64,000 nt of DNA, from the NCBI RefSeq assembly GCF_030684315.1, contig NC_081376.1:46432182-46496181 (forward strand). The letters are read 5' to 3'. The position numbers and the translations under genes were made by a program. Origin of the DNA: Stegostoma tigrinum (Eukaryota). Below the pieces are notes generated by a model. It searched no databases and had not been told where the DNA came from. It saw only the letters and a list, made by a program, of their open reading frames with translations. Below are positions 41,744 to 55,232 of this stretch, piece after piece (the stretch's first letter is position 1; every line of letters begins with the position of its first letter).

Positions 41744-43659
41744 AATGTTTCATGGATTCTGACCAGATGCTGAATATTGAACTGGGAGTGTTTATTGTTG
41801 AATCACTGTGCTTTCAACTGGTTAAACTACCATGCAACAGGATATAGATGTGTAAAAGCAACTGAAACAAACACCAAATGCTGGAGAGATTCAGCAGATC
41901 TGCCAACACTTGTGAAGAGTGAAACACAATTGATGTTTGAGTCTGCTTTGTGCAATCGCTACAGTATCAGTCGTCTTCCGAGCCTGTAAGTGTATGTCCC
42001 TCCTATATTACAGAGCATAGCAACAAAATCACTAAAGTGTTCATTATTTAAGGAATTTCTGAACTGGCTGTTCACACATTGGACCATGAAGACAATCCAT
42101 AGTGACAAAATATTTAAGTAAAGTCTAGAGAAATTGGGGCTGTTCAGCATCAAGCGGACCAATTTAGGTACAATATACATAGCTCAATCTTTTTTTATTT
42201 ACTTTTTCACTTGAAATGTAGAGATGCAATACTGCCCAACTCCACCTGCCCTTGAGAAAATGTTGATTGACTGACTTCTTGAACTGCTTTTATCCATGTG
42301 GAAAGATGCATTCATGATAGTGTTAGGGAGGGAATTCCAGGAATTTGACCAGTGATAATGATGGAACAGTGACATCGTGCCAGATCAGGATGTTGTGGCT
42401 TGAATCGGAACTTGCTTGTGTTCTTCTGCATATGCCTCCTTTGTTGCTCTGGGTGACAAGTCATAGCTTGGATCAATTAAGTACAGAGCATCACTTTAAA
42501 ATATACCTGTATATGGGATCCAGCTATATAGGAAAATGTGCAGCAGTTAAGTTTTTCAACAATTTTAGAAATAATTAACTGTCTAAAGAATACCAACATT
42601 TGGAATCATTTTCCAGCAAGCTCAAGTGTGACAAATTTCTATCAGGTGTATTTGGGAGGCTGTCATACGGCATTAGACGGCAGGTTGAAAATTAGGGATA
42701 TATAATTCAAATAATTGTTTAAAGGATGAGGAGAAATTTGAGAATTTCATTTCAGGATTCGAAACTCACTAGATGGTGCATTTAATAAGTTGTTAGCTAT
42801 GAAGTTACAAATAAAGTGCTGGAAATTTTGGATCAGGCAGCTTTTCATTTTACCAAAAGACAGAGGATGGACGAGACGGCCAGCACCTGTGCTGAAAGAT
42901 TCTGATTCTGAATTTGTTCATGTTCAGTTATGGATCTATTAGCTAAATTCAGCCATCTTTCTCCATTTCTGTTCTGTTAAACTGATTTGCTCACCCATCT
43001 ACTAATATTCATGCCCTTCAGGTTATTTTCCGTTTTGAGTTTTTGAATTCTCATGACTTTGCTGGAATGTTTAAAATAGCAGGCTCTTGACCATATACTC
43101 ACTGTTCCATCCATAAACTTATGCTGACTGGTTAACAGATCACAGCCTATTCATCCCTCAGTCATCACAGTCAAAGTCTTCCTCCCCTTCTTCTCACCCT
43201 CAAACCACCTGAGATCAGTTGTAAATGGAGCTAGATTTCAAAGTACCTTCCTTCTAATTATGAGCGATGAATTTGGCTTTTTTTTTTTCAGTTTGAACCA
43301 AACCTTCAGTTCCTTTGACTTGGTGGGTGACTTCTGCATTGTATCTGTTATGGAATTATTCCAATCGGGATATTTCCTGGTCTTTTCTGAGTCAGTTGCT
43401 CTCACCAAGGTGCACTTGATGACTATTATCTCGTTAGAGAGAGGAACAAATTCTTTGCAACGCTTCGGACCACTCGCGAACCTCCCCTGCATGATATAAA
43501 ACTTTGGTCCACCTTCTATGATGGGTGGCGTGCCAATTGTACATATACCAGTGAATACTTCTAAGTGGTACTCCAGTAATTTAATTATGACAAATCTGGT
43601 TGAACCCTAAAGGAATCATTACTCCCATTTGATTACCAGTTTACTGTTCTGATACTGAT

Positions 43660-44330
43660 GTAATTTCTGCCTATCTGCTCTTTTATCCATCTTCCATTCG
43701 CTTCACCATCTCTCTCTCTCTCTCTTTATTTCAGAATCCCCTGCCCCTCCCCCATTTCTGGAGAAGGGTCCAGACCCAAAATTGTATCAGAGATAATAGG
43801 AACTGCACGTGCTGGAGAATCCAAGATAACAGGGTGTGGAGCTGGATGAACACAGCAGGCCAAGCAGCATCTTAGAAGCAGGAAAGCTGACGTTTCAGGC
43901 CTAGACCCTTCATAAGAAATGGGGAAGGAGAAGAGGGTTCTGAAATAAATAAGAAGAGGGGGAAATCAAAGATGGATAGAGGATAGGTGGAGAGGAGACA
44001 GACAAGTTAAAGAGGCGAGAATACCTACTAACCTCATCCTGCCCTCGTGACCTGTCTGTCCTCCCTGGACTGACCTATCTCCTCCCTACTTCCCCACCTA
44101 CACTCATCTTTACTGGCTCCATCCCTGCTTCTTTAACTTGTCTGTCTCCGCTCCACCTATCTTCTCTTCTATCCATCTTCAATCCACCTTCCCCCCCCCT
44201 CTCCCTATTTATTTCAGAACCCTCTTACCCTCCCCCATTTCTGATGAAGGGTCTAGGCCCGAAACCTCAGCTTTCCTGCTCCTCTGCTGCTTGGTCTGCT
44301 ATGTTCAAGTAGCTCTACACTTTGTTATCC
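43660..44330. mobile_element. Cluster of PLE-derived fragments and fold-back
   Basis: Inverted arms at about 43820-44015 and 44120-44330; ctgatgaagggtctaggcccgaaacctc at 44241-44268. Confidence 0.75.
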
Positions 44331-44697
44331 TAGTTTCCTACTGTTGTGTTAAGCTTCTCCATTCTTATTTTTGTTTCATACTTTGCCTTATTGCTTTTGT
44401 TTGACATTGTTCACTTCCATTCCCAATATTATTCTTCACCATTCCCTCTGAAGCGTCTGTGATGTTTATTTAACTTCATCTCTTCTGAATGCGTTTAAGG
44501 TCACATTTACTTGCGTTGATTTTTCCTTGCCATATTTTTATCCTGCACACTTAATGGAATGTTTTATAGCTCACCTTATTACATAATTCATTGCATGATG
44601 TGGTAACTTAGATTGAAAATGTTATCTGTCTTTGGGATTGTAAACCAATTACAACTAAATGAATTGCAAACGAAATGACCTTATCAGTTTCTTTTGT

Positions 44698-44909
44698 ATC
44701 AGAGATAATGGGAACTGCAGATGCTGGAGAATCTGAGATAACAAAGTGTGAAGCTGGATGAACACAGCAGGCCAAGCAGCATCTCAGGAGCACAAAAGCT
44801 GAAGTTTCAGGCCTAGACCCAGATGAAGGATCTAGGCCTGAAACGTCAGCTTTTGTGCTCCTGAGATGCTGCTTGGCCTGCTGTGTTCATCCAGCTTCAC
44901 ACTTTATTA
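44698..44909. mobile_element. Young near-perfect palindromic PLE-derived element
   Basis: Arms of about 75 bp around gacccagatgaaggatctagg; flanked by ttatcagtttctt(t)tgt at 44681-44697 and 44907-44922. Confidence 0.85.
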
Positions 44910-46484
44910 TCAGTTTCTTTGTTCTCTGATTAACTATTCATCTTTTCTTGAGGTTTTTCTGAACTTAGGACTTGGCGGAGAAAAACAGAAGTTAAAGCAT
45001 AAGCAATCTTTCCACCAAATAGTGAAATTCCTAAATGCATTGCGCAAGTCCACATACTTAATTCTGTAGAAAAGGTTGAATAGCCATTGTACTCAGTTTG
45101 CATCATTGACCAATAAGAAAGCCACAAAAGAAAATGTCTGGAACAAATCAGTGCTCTTCATTTTTAGAATTTTCATTACTTCCAATACTGCATGAGTGAT
45201 TATAATTGAAGACATTTCCAGTTAGTAGTATTGAGTTTCTATTATTAGCTTTTTCTGTTTTACGTGAACCCACACTCTGTGGGTGGATGGCAAACACTGC
45301 TGGTGCAGAATGTGTGTAACTATGACTACTAAGAAGCCCTCAAAACGTGGCTAACCAGTAAAGCTTCCACACTTTGTGGGTTGTACCTTACTTCCTGTCT
45401 GGCAGGACAAGTGACTGAGGTTTCATAACTTTGCTTTAAAAACTTTTTGATTACTTTCTGGAAAAATAAGGAAAGCCCAAAATTAGAGTTTTTAAGCCGA
45501 AGCCCCATTATCTCTGAAACTGCCCGTTAATACTTCACCTCCAATGGAGAAGCCAAATAATCTATTATAAGACTTGATTTCAACTGCTTCTGTGCAGGAT
45601 TCCATCAATTAGAGCAAGATTATCTTGTATTATCATCTTTCCACGTATATGACTCTGTTTCCATTCTTGTCCACTTTTTTTTCAATGTACATCGGGTTTC
45701 AGTTGCTGATGCAAAATGTGAAAGAACTCCAAGATCAAGCTTCATTAAATTTGTGTTTTTGAAAACCTGTATAGTTTACTTAAATACATAATTTTTTATT
45801 TGTGAAAAATGTTTGTATATGTATTATGTGTTCAACCCTGATGTAATATGCTTTTACAGTTTATCCTTGGTTGTTGCACCAGTGAAAATCTTGGCAGTGC
45901 TTAGCTGTGGTTCATAATGCAAGTGATATCATTGCTCAGTGCTTTGAGTATAGGAGTTGGGAAGTCATGAGGTTGTGCAGGGCATTGAGGCCTCTTTTGA
46001 AATACTGTGTCCAGTTCTGATCGCCCAGTTATAAGAAGGATATTGTTAAGCTGGAGAGGGTTCAGAATAGATTTGCTGGATATGGAAGGCGAGAGTTAAG
46101 AAAAGGCTGGATAAGTTAGACTCTTTTTCACTGGAGCGTAAGTGGTTGAGAGGTGACCTGATAGAAGTCTACAATGCACCAGGCACAGCTGGGTAAATCC
46201 ATGGGTTGAACATGATCCCCATCTCTTCTTGTCCTCTCGCATTCCAAGTAATGCTACTGGAAAATGTAAAATGGCTGATTTGATTTTTTTTTGGGAAAGT
46301 ATGAGCAAATTGATTGATTGGATGAATAATTTGATAGTGTTCAACACCATTGAAATGTAATGGATCTATTTGACAACATTTAGAATTTAAAAGGATCTCT
46401 GCATTGGACTTTGCAAGTGCCTTTCATATTCTGAATTGCTAAGAAATTGATAAGGTTTCCAAATGTGGCATTTGCCAACTTGTA

Positions 46485-47062
46485 AAGAACAACAAAGAAC
46501 AAAGAAAATTACAGCATGGGAACAGGCCCTTCAGCCCTCCAAGCCTGCGCCGATTGAGATCCTTTGTCCAAACCTGTCATCTGTTTTCTAAGGGCCTGTA
46601 TCCCTTTGCTCCCTGCCCATCCGTGTACCTGTCCAGATACATCTTAAAATACACTATCATGTCTGTGTCCACCATCTCCGCTGGCAATGCGTTCCAGGCA
46701 CCCACCACCCTCTGCAAAAAGAACTTTCCATGCATATCTCCCATAAACTTTACTCCTCTGACTTTGAACTCATGACCCCTAGTAATTGAGTCCCCCACTC
46801 TGTGGAAAAAAACTTCTTGCTATCCACCCTGTCTATACCCCTCATGATTTTGTAGACCACAATCTCCATTTTTCTAATGAAAATAATCCTAATCTACTCA
46901 ACCTTTCTTCATAGCTAGCACCCTCCATACCAGGCAACATCCTGGGTGAACCTGCTCCACACCCTCTCCAAAGCATCCACATCCTTTTTGGTAATGTGGT
47001 GACCAGAACTGTACACAGTATTCCAAATGTGGCCAAACCAAAGTCTTATACAACTGTAACAT
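46485..47062 (-). mobile_element. CR1-like LINE 3' end, same subfamily as 30195-31508
   Basis: RMLPGMEGASYEERLSRLGLFSLE and FFLQRVVGAWNALP; (ttctttg) tail. Confidence 0.9.
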
Positions 47063-48229
47063 AAAGTTTTTGTCTTCTCATCTCTGATACTGACAGTACC
47101 CTTTCTATCATCTAGAGTGTCCTAAAGGATCTGTTGCTAGCTTTTCATTATTTCTTTTTCCCCTTGCTGATTTGTCATTCTTGTCCTCCTCCTTCCATCT
47201 CCCATTATCCAATTCCTCCAAATTTCTTGTTCTTCATTCTGTTAAAAAATACAGTATTTCTAATTCTGCAGCATGTCTTTTGAATGTGATCATCTTTTTC
47301 TAGGAATCTGACATACAGTTTCCATTGTTCCAGTTATTTAAAAACTGGAGGGCAACTGGTGCTGATAAATGAATCACAACCTGCTCTATGGCAATGATCC
47401 TGCTTGTGTGAGATGCCCTTATTGTAACAGTTATTAGATTGTATTTTAGTCAATTTGGAAATAATTGATTAGCTACTAGCAACCCCCATATTCCATGATT
47501 TTTTTTTAAACTGCTGTACAATTTGTTTTCTCTTTTTTAACGTGATGGGGATGTAGTAGTGAGCCAAACCATAAAGACCAAATGCCAAACCACACCCGTT
47601 TAACAATTGTATTCTAGGAACAAGTGTAAACTTCTCCCTAAAAGGCCTTTTAAGTTTCCTGTTCTCGACTAATTGAGTCATCAGAACATTCAGTAAATCA
47701 TATCTAATTCTACAGTTCTAATTTAGGTGATCTCCAAAGTTAAAGTAAAATCTGCTCTTTAAAAACTCTCAAATGGTTTGTATCCTTGAATGAGAGCAAT
47801 AAACGAGAGCAAGTACATTTTTATTATCGGAATTTAGCATCTGTTTACTCAGACTGGTATTAATTATTCAGGGACCATTTGAGGTATGAGTGTCTGTTCT
47901 TGGATTATAGCACAAAAACATTGTCTACTCTGATCCAGTTATTAATATCCCTTTCTTTCGTTACTAGCAGTAATGATTAATTTGCTTTATTTGGCACAAT
48001 TCAAATTATCTGTTGGTTGGGGTGACCATCGCGATTGTAAGATTGAATGAAAGAAGAACTTGGATCTTTTTCAAACTCTGGTTCTCCTAATGCATTCTCA
48101 CAGCTAGTTAAGTGCCTTTAAAAGGTACTGTGAGAAGCATGGATATAACTTCTGAAAAGATCAGTCCCACACACAGCCTTCACCCAAGCACAGGCACATT
48201 TAACACTCCTCAGTATTGTCTTTCAGTCA

Positions 48230-50130
48230 GAAGTCACATGACACCAGCTTATAGTCCTACAGGTTTATTTGAAACCATAAGGATTTAAGTGTTCCTCCTT
48301 TTGTTGGTGAAGTGAAGAGAAGCTCACAGGCACAGAATTTATGGGCAGAGAGATCAAAAGATCATACAAATGGTGTGAGTGGAGTGTCGACAGGCTGACT
48401 AAGTCTTTGTAGGTGATCAAAAGTGTCAGATGGTCTGAGTAAACCATCAATAGCTGAATAGCAAGTGAAGAGATGACCGATAATTTGTTTGCAGCCGAGA
48501 TAATTACAAAAAATTTTAAAATAAGATGGTGCTGGAGACAAACCAAATGGCTGGAATAACATGATAGGTGTAAGAGTCGCATGCTGAGAGTCTATTCAAA
48601 GTAACAAGTAATCCAAAACTATACAAACTAATTATGGTAGAGAGGTCATAACTTGTTATCAAGGTAATGGTGTCAAAACAGGACAGTGAGGAGGATTTTA
48701 CAAATACAGAACAGTATAGTGGGGTTACACGTAGTGCAACGGGAACCCAAGATCACGCTTGAGACCATCTTCATGGATACAGAAATTGGCTATCAGTTTC
48801 TGCTCAGCAATTCTGTGTTGTCTGTCTCGAAGGCTGCCTTGGGGAACGCTTACCCAAAGATCGGAGGCTGAATATCCTTGACAGCTGAAGTGTTCCCTGA
48901 CTGGGAGGGAATATCCCTGTCAGACTATTGTTGGGCACTGTCCATTCATCCGTTGTTCTAGGTCTGACCAATATACCATGCCAAAGGGAATCCTTGCCTG
49001 CAGCGTGTGAGGTAGATAACATTGGCTGAGTCACATGAGTATCTGCCTTGTACGTGGTGGGTGGTGTCATGGTAGTATCCATGCCGATGAGTTGACATGG
49101 CTTGCAGAGGTTACCGTGGCAGGGTTGTGTGGTGTTGCGGTCATGTTGTCCTGAAGGCTAGATAGTTCGCTGCAAGTGATGGCTCTGCTTAAAGTTTGGC
49201 GGTTGTTTGAAGGTGAGAAGTGGAGGTGTAGGGATAATCTTGGTGAGATGTCCACATCATTGATGACATGTTGAAGGCTGCGAAGAACATGGTGTAGTTT
49301 CTTCTCTCTGTGGAAGTGCTGGACGACAAAGGGTACTGTCTTGGTCACATCCTTTGCCTATTGAGGAGGCCGTTGCAATTTTTTTACTGTGGCACATCAC
49401 AATCGGGGATCAATGAGTTAAGCACTGTATCCCATTCTTATGAGGGTGTCTTTCAGCATCTTTAGGTGTCCATTGCTTTCCTCACCGTCTGAACAGATTC
49501 TCTATATGTGCAGGTCTTGTCTGTAGGGATGGCTACTTTTAACATGTTTAGGGTGGAAACTAGAAAAGTGCTGCATTGTGACGTTATCCAGCGGCTTGTG
49601 GTAGAGTGAGGTACTGAGGTGTCCGGTAATTAATTTAATTCTGAAGAGTAGTCCATGGTAAGTCTGATAATGGGATGAAATTTGTTGATATTGTTGTGTA
49701 GTCATTTTAGTGATTCCTCACCGTAATTACTGAGGAAGAACATGTTGATGTATCTGGTCTACAGTGTTAATTGGGGGTCCTGTGCAGCAAAGAAGTGTTG
49801 CTCAAACTTGTGCATAAAAATATAGGAATATTGGGGTGCAAATTTGATCCCTATGGCTGTTTTATGTACCTGGATGAAGAACTGGTTTCCGAAGGTGAAG
49901 TAGTTGTGTTTGGGGTTGAACTGAATGAGTTGTTGGGTGGCGTCTGGAAATTGGCAGTTGTTGGTGTTGAGTACTGATGCTGTTGTGGGGGTTGCTGGTG
50001 TACAGTGCCAAAACGGCCTTTGTGATGAGGAGTGTTCCTGGTTCAACTGATCCATGGGTGCTGAATTTCAGTAAGACGTCTGTAGTGTCATGACAGAAAC
50101 TGGGGTGGGGGGGTGTGGTTCCTTGTACAC
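48230..50130 (-). mobile_element. Degenerate Penelope-like element of a different family (RT remnants)
   Basis: Minus-strand ORF pieces: NYFTFGNQFFIQVHKTAIGIKFAPQYSYIFM (PLE RT GxAMGxxxAPxYAxIFM-like), LSTSLYHKPLDN...FSSFHPKHVK (thumb), VPFVVQHF, and a Cys-rich linker. Many stops and frameshifts. Confidence 0.8.
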
Positions 50131-51613
50131 TGATGGGCCAAAGGCTACCACCTGTGCAGCACTTCTGTGATTCTGTAATTCTTTCAGTTTAGCATGCTGT
50201 AATTATGGCTAATGATGCCTTCTGTATATTGGAGTGACCAAACATTTGTTCTGTTCTGTCCTCGAGCATTGCCTTGAGTTTCTGGTTGCTTGTCCTTTTA
50301 AATTCTCCCTTCCTCCCATGCTGACCTTTCTTATTCTGTCCCACCTATTGGTGAAACTTCACATGAGCTCAAGGAACAGCATCTTTCAACTTAACGTTGA
50401 CAGCTTTCTAGACCTAACATTGATTCCAACAGCTTCAGATCATAACCTCCACATCCATAATCTTGCTTATGTTTTGCTGGATGAGTCTTCATCTTATATA
50501 TTTTTTTTCTTTCCCTTCATATTGTATTTAGATGGATTTTGTGTAACAATTTCCATCTCGTTTGGATGTAATTTTTGTTTCTTCACTGTGCCCAATACCA
50601 CTCATTTTGGCTGTTGTATCACAAAATCTTATGTTATTTAATCTTAAGATCCAAGTCTCCTCAATGTCTCAGATCTTTGGTCGTCTTGCCACCTTCCTCT
50701 TCTACGTCCTCAAAAAGACTCCAACACTTAGTTTCTTTTCAGTTCTAATAACTAGTCATTGACCTGAAATGTTAATTCTGTTTTTCTCCATAGATGCTGC
50801 TTGACCTGCTGAGTTTTTCCAGTCCTTTTTTTTTTGCTCTTATTTCAGAGTTCCAGCATCTGAGGTACTTCACTTTTTGTATGAAGCTGGTTATTCAGGC
50901 CTCCGAGGGTCAGTAAATAAATTAAATATTGATACTCCCCATTGCACCCTGACTAAAAACACTACTGATCTGTTAATAGTATGAAATTAATCTGGCCTGA
51001 AACTGTTAATCCCATAACAAGTAATTTGTGCCAAATTGACTGTGTCCCTAAGGCATGCAGACCAAAAAAAAGTCAGGAGTTGCATTCCTGACTATCAATG
51101 ACAGCTGACGAGTGTGCTTGTGTATGTGAATCATACCATGAACATCTGGTTGAATCGACAGAGACACAACTGTTTAGGCTCAGATCGTGAAGCAGAAGGC
51201 TGTTCTATATAGCTCATTATACTTCACGAATTGCATTGTTATGAAGACATTATGCAAAATATTAATTAATGTTGCTATTGACTGTCCTGAACTTTTTTAA
51301 AAGAATGTGTTCTAAAGTAAAGGGCACTGACTAGAGTAAAAATGTTACATTTGCACAGGTCACAGGTTTGGAGAGAGGTCACACGGCATGGTTTGTGTGT
51401 GTGTAAAATATATTGGTTTTTGAATGCACAATTTGCCATGGGGTGACAGGTTTTGTCCCCAGTCTTGAATTCTCTGAAACCCCTCTAATTAAAATTTGAT
51501 AGTTGACAACATGGACTGCAGTTGGCAGCTTTCCAAAGGAGAAGTCAGATTCTACTGCTTCCAGAGAGAGAAAACCATGCCAACTGTAACTGATCCAGGA
51601 AGAAATCCCAGTG

Positions 51614-51736
51614 CTAAGAAGGATCTAGGCACGAAATGTCAGCCTTCCTGCCCCTCTGACACTGGCCTGCTGCGTTCATGCAGCTGTACACCTTGTTATC
51701 TCAGATTCTCCAGCATCTGCAGTTCCTACTATCTCT
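51614..51736 (+). mobile_element. PLE terminal fragment
   Basis: aagaaggatctaggcacgaaatgtcagc...cagattctccagcatctgcagttcctactatctc, flanked by gaaatccca. Confidence 0.7.
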
Positions 51737-52334
51737 GAAATCCCATGCAGTAGGTTTCGTGGAAAGAAATTTTGTCAATAAATGAGCATTTTAGATCAAC
51801 CGTGATTTTTCTTCTAAATTTCAGTTTCTTAATCAAATAGCTTCTTTAAGAAAATCAATCTTTCAAGCTTGCTGAGCATTGTTGTTCTTTTTCCAAGAAG
51901 GGCACTTGGATATATTTGCAGATTTTAAGCCTTTTGTTCATAATATTTGCATCTTTAGTTGATCAAGTTTGTGTTAAAACAAACTTAAGGAATCTAGCTG
52001 ACTGGTTTCTGATATTGGCTATGTACAGTCCTGTGTGCATATAACTGGCAATATAGTCTTTCTTTTAAAACCAAACTTTGTCTGATTTCAATATTGGTCA
52101 CCGTGGAAGTCTACCTAACTGGGTAATAACAGAATTCTTTGTGGGAAAGAAGCAAGGTTCATAACTTTTGCACTTTCTTGATTTTTAATCCTGGGCCTTA
52201 GACAGCGTGTCCTTTATACTAACTCTGGAGTAATTCATTTATCAGAGTAAAAGCTATAGGTCTAATTAATTATTTTTATTGTTTTCCTACATAGTTCAGG
52301 GCAATCTCATTATGAATTGCTTCCAATTTTTGTT

Positions 52335-53782
52335 TTCACTAACTGGTGAGCTATCGGAAAAGTGGAGGTTGTCTAACATGGCGTCACTAATTAAGGAAGG
52401 TGGTAAGGAAAAGCCGGGGAACTGTAGACTGATGAGCTTAACGTCAGTGGTGGGCATGTTGTTGAAGGGAATCCTAAGGGACAGGATTTACATTTATTTG
52501 GAAAGGCAAGGACTAATTTAGGGATAGTCAACATGACTTTGTGCATGGGAAACCTTGTCTCACAAACTTGGTTGAGTCTTTTGAAGAAGTAACGAAGAGG
52601 ATTGAGGGAAGATGGTGGACATGATCCATGTGGACTTCCTTAAGGCATTTGACAAGATTCCTCATGGTGGACTGGTTAGCAAGGTGAGATCACATGGAAT
52701 ACAGGGAGAACTAACCATTTGGATACAGAACTGGCACAAAGGTAAAAGATACCAGGTGGCACTCTGCTTTCAGACGGGAGGCCTGTGACCAGCGGTGTGC
52801 CTCAAGGATCGGTGTTGGGTCCACTGCTTTTCATCATGTCATATAAATGATTTGGATGTGAACATAGGAGGAATGGTTAGTAAGTTTGCAGATGACATTA
52901 AATTGGCAGTGTGGTGGACAGTAAAGGACGTTCTCTCAGTGCAACAAGATCTTGATCAGGTGAGCCTATGGGCTCAGGAGTGGCAGGTGGCGTTTAATTT
53001 AGATAAATGTGAGGCGTTGCATTTTGGAAAGGCAAATCTGCGCAGGATTTATACACTTAACAGTAAGGTCCTTGAAAGTGTTGCTGAACAAAGACACCTC
53101 GGAGTCCAGGTTCATCGTTCCTTGAAAGTGGAGTCACAGGTAGATAGGAAAATGAAAAAAGCATTTGGTACGCTTGCCTTTATTAGTCAATGCATTGAGT
53201 ATAGAAGTTGGGAGGTCATGTGGCTATATGGGACATTGGCTAGGCCGCTTTTTGAATACTGTGTGTGATTCTGGTCTCCCTGCTATAGGAAGGATGATGT
53301 TAAACTTGAAAGGTTCAGAAAAGATTTACAAGGATGTTGCCAGGGTTGTAGGGCTTGAGCTATAGGGAGAAGGTGAATAGCCTGGGCCTATTTTCCCTGG
53401 AGCATCGTAGACTGAGGGGTGATATTAGAGAGGTTCATAAAATCTTGGGGGGGCTTGGATAGGGTAAATAGACAAAGTCTTTTCCCCAGGGTGAGGCAGT
53501 CCAAAACTAGAGGCCGTAGGTTTAAGGTGAGAGGGGAAAGTTTAAAAAGGACCCAAGGGCAACTTTTTCATGCAGAGGTGGTGTGCGTATGGAATAAGTT
53601 GCCAGAGGAAGTGGTGGAGGCTGGTACAATTATAACATTTATAAGGCATTGGATAGGCATTGAATACAAAGGGTTTAGAGGTATATGGGCCAAATGCTGG
53701 CAAATGGTACTAGATTTATCTAGGAGAACTTGTTGGCTTGTGTGATTTCGACCAAAGGGTCTGTCCCCGTGCTGTACATCTC
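52335..53782 (+). mobile_element. CR1-like LINE RT region to 3' end
   Basis: KPGNCRLMSLTSVVG; HINDLDVNIGGMVSKFADDIK; tail tctatgactcta. Confidence 0.88.
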
Positions 53783-53960
53783 TATGACTCTATAACTGAA
53801 CTGGAAAGGTAACCTGTACTGGAATATATTAAAAGCAATTAATTTTCATATTTTTGTTTGTCATTGTTAAGATAACCAATGATATTTTGAAACCTCTTTA
53901 ATTTCTACTCACTTATGTAAACTAATCAAGTGAGATACACTGTTAATTCTATTCTTTCAG

Positions 53961-54112
53961 ACAACAGCGACTTAATTGCTTGCACTGTAGTAACTAAAGA
54001 TGGCAATCAGATGCATCGATTCCTGGCTGTAGACGTTTATCAGATGAGTTTGGTTGAACCAGAGAGCAAACGACTTGGCTGGGGAGTGGTGAAATTTGCA
54101 GGCTTGCTTCAG
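53961..54112 (+). CDS. CLEC16A: CLEC16A internal coding exon (NNSDLIACTVVTKDGNQMHRFLAVDVYQMSLVEPESKRLGWGVVKFAGLLQ)
   Basis: Acceptor attctttcag and donor gtaaga; 152 nt. The first 2 nt complete the phase-1 codon (A+AC = Asn) from the previous exon. Lies within ORF 53930..54124. Confidence 0.96.
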
Positions 54113-54349
54113 GTAAGAAGCTAAATTTCAGCATATAAGATTTTCTGCTTCTTTGATTCCAACATTTAAATTTGATAAATTGAAACCTGATGTGTATCTT
54201 TACAAATCATTTGGATCTGTGCTGTTGCAATAATGTAGTACCATCTTAGTTGGAACTAAATTCTTAGATTTGTATGGTGGGACATATAAAATGTTTCGGA
54301 AACAAGAATACGAACTTCACATAATGAAATGTTAAACTGATATTTTAGC

Positions 54350-55232
54350 AGGGAGTAGAGTTGCAAGTAGACAGGATAGTGAAGGTGGTGTTTGATATGT
54401 TTGCATTTATTGATCAGTGCATTGAGTATAGAAGTTGGGAGGTCATATTACAGGTGTACAGGACATTGGTTCGACCACTTTTGGAATACTGTGCAATTCT
54501 GGTCTCCCTGCTATAGATATGATGTTGTGAAACTTGAAAGGGTTCAGAAAAGATTTACAAGAATGCAGCCAGGGTTGGAGAGTTCAAACTGCAGGGAGAG
54601 GCTGGGTAGACTGGGTAAAAACTGAAAGACTTGCAGGTGCTGTAAATCAGAAACTAAGTAGAAATTGCTGGAAAAGCTCAGCAGTTCTGGCAGCATCTGT
54701 GGAGAGATATCAGATTTAACATTTTGGGTAGAGTGGCCCTTCCTCAGAACTGTTAACTCGGATGTCTTTCCGCAGATCATCTGAGCTTTTCCAGCAATTT
54801 CTATTTTTGTCTCTGAAAAGGCTGGGGCTATCTTTCCTGGAGTGTTTAGAGGCTGAGGAAAAGTTTTATTATAGAAAAGTTTACAAAATCATGAGGGGCA
54901 TAGATTGGGTGAATAGCCAAGGTGTTTTCGCCAGGGTAGTGAGGTCCACAACTAGAATGCATAGGTTTAAGGTGACAGGGAAAAGATTTAAAAGGGACCG
55001 AAGGGGCAGCAGTTTTATGCAGAGGGTGGTGTGTGTATGGAATGAGGTGCCAGAGGAAATGATGGAGTCTGGTATAATTACAAGATTTAAAAGGCATCTG
55101 GATGGGTATACAAGTAGGAAAGGTTTGGACGGATATGGGCTAAGTGCTGGCAAATGGGACTAGATTGATTTGGGATATCTGTTTGGCATGGATTGGTTGG
55201 ACCGAAAGGGTCTGTCTCCATGCTGTATGACT
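54350..55232 (+). mobile_element. CR1-like LINE 3' fragment, interrupted by a palindromic element
   Basis: QFWSPCYRYDVVKLERVQKRFTRM; FMQRVVCVWNEVPEE...FKRHLDGY. Confidence 0.85.
54618..54815. mobile_element. Palindromic element of a third PLE-like family inserted in CR1
   Basis: Arms agaaattgctggaaaagctcag and ctgagcttttccagcaatttct. Related sequences occur at about 12835-13306, 41860-41945, 50740-50880 and 61262-61345. Confidence 0.6.
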
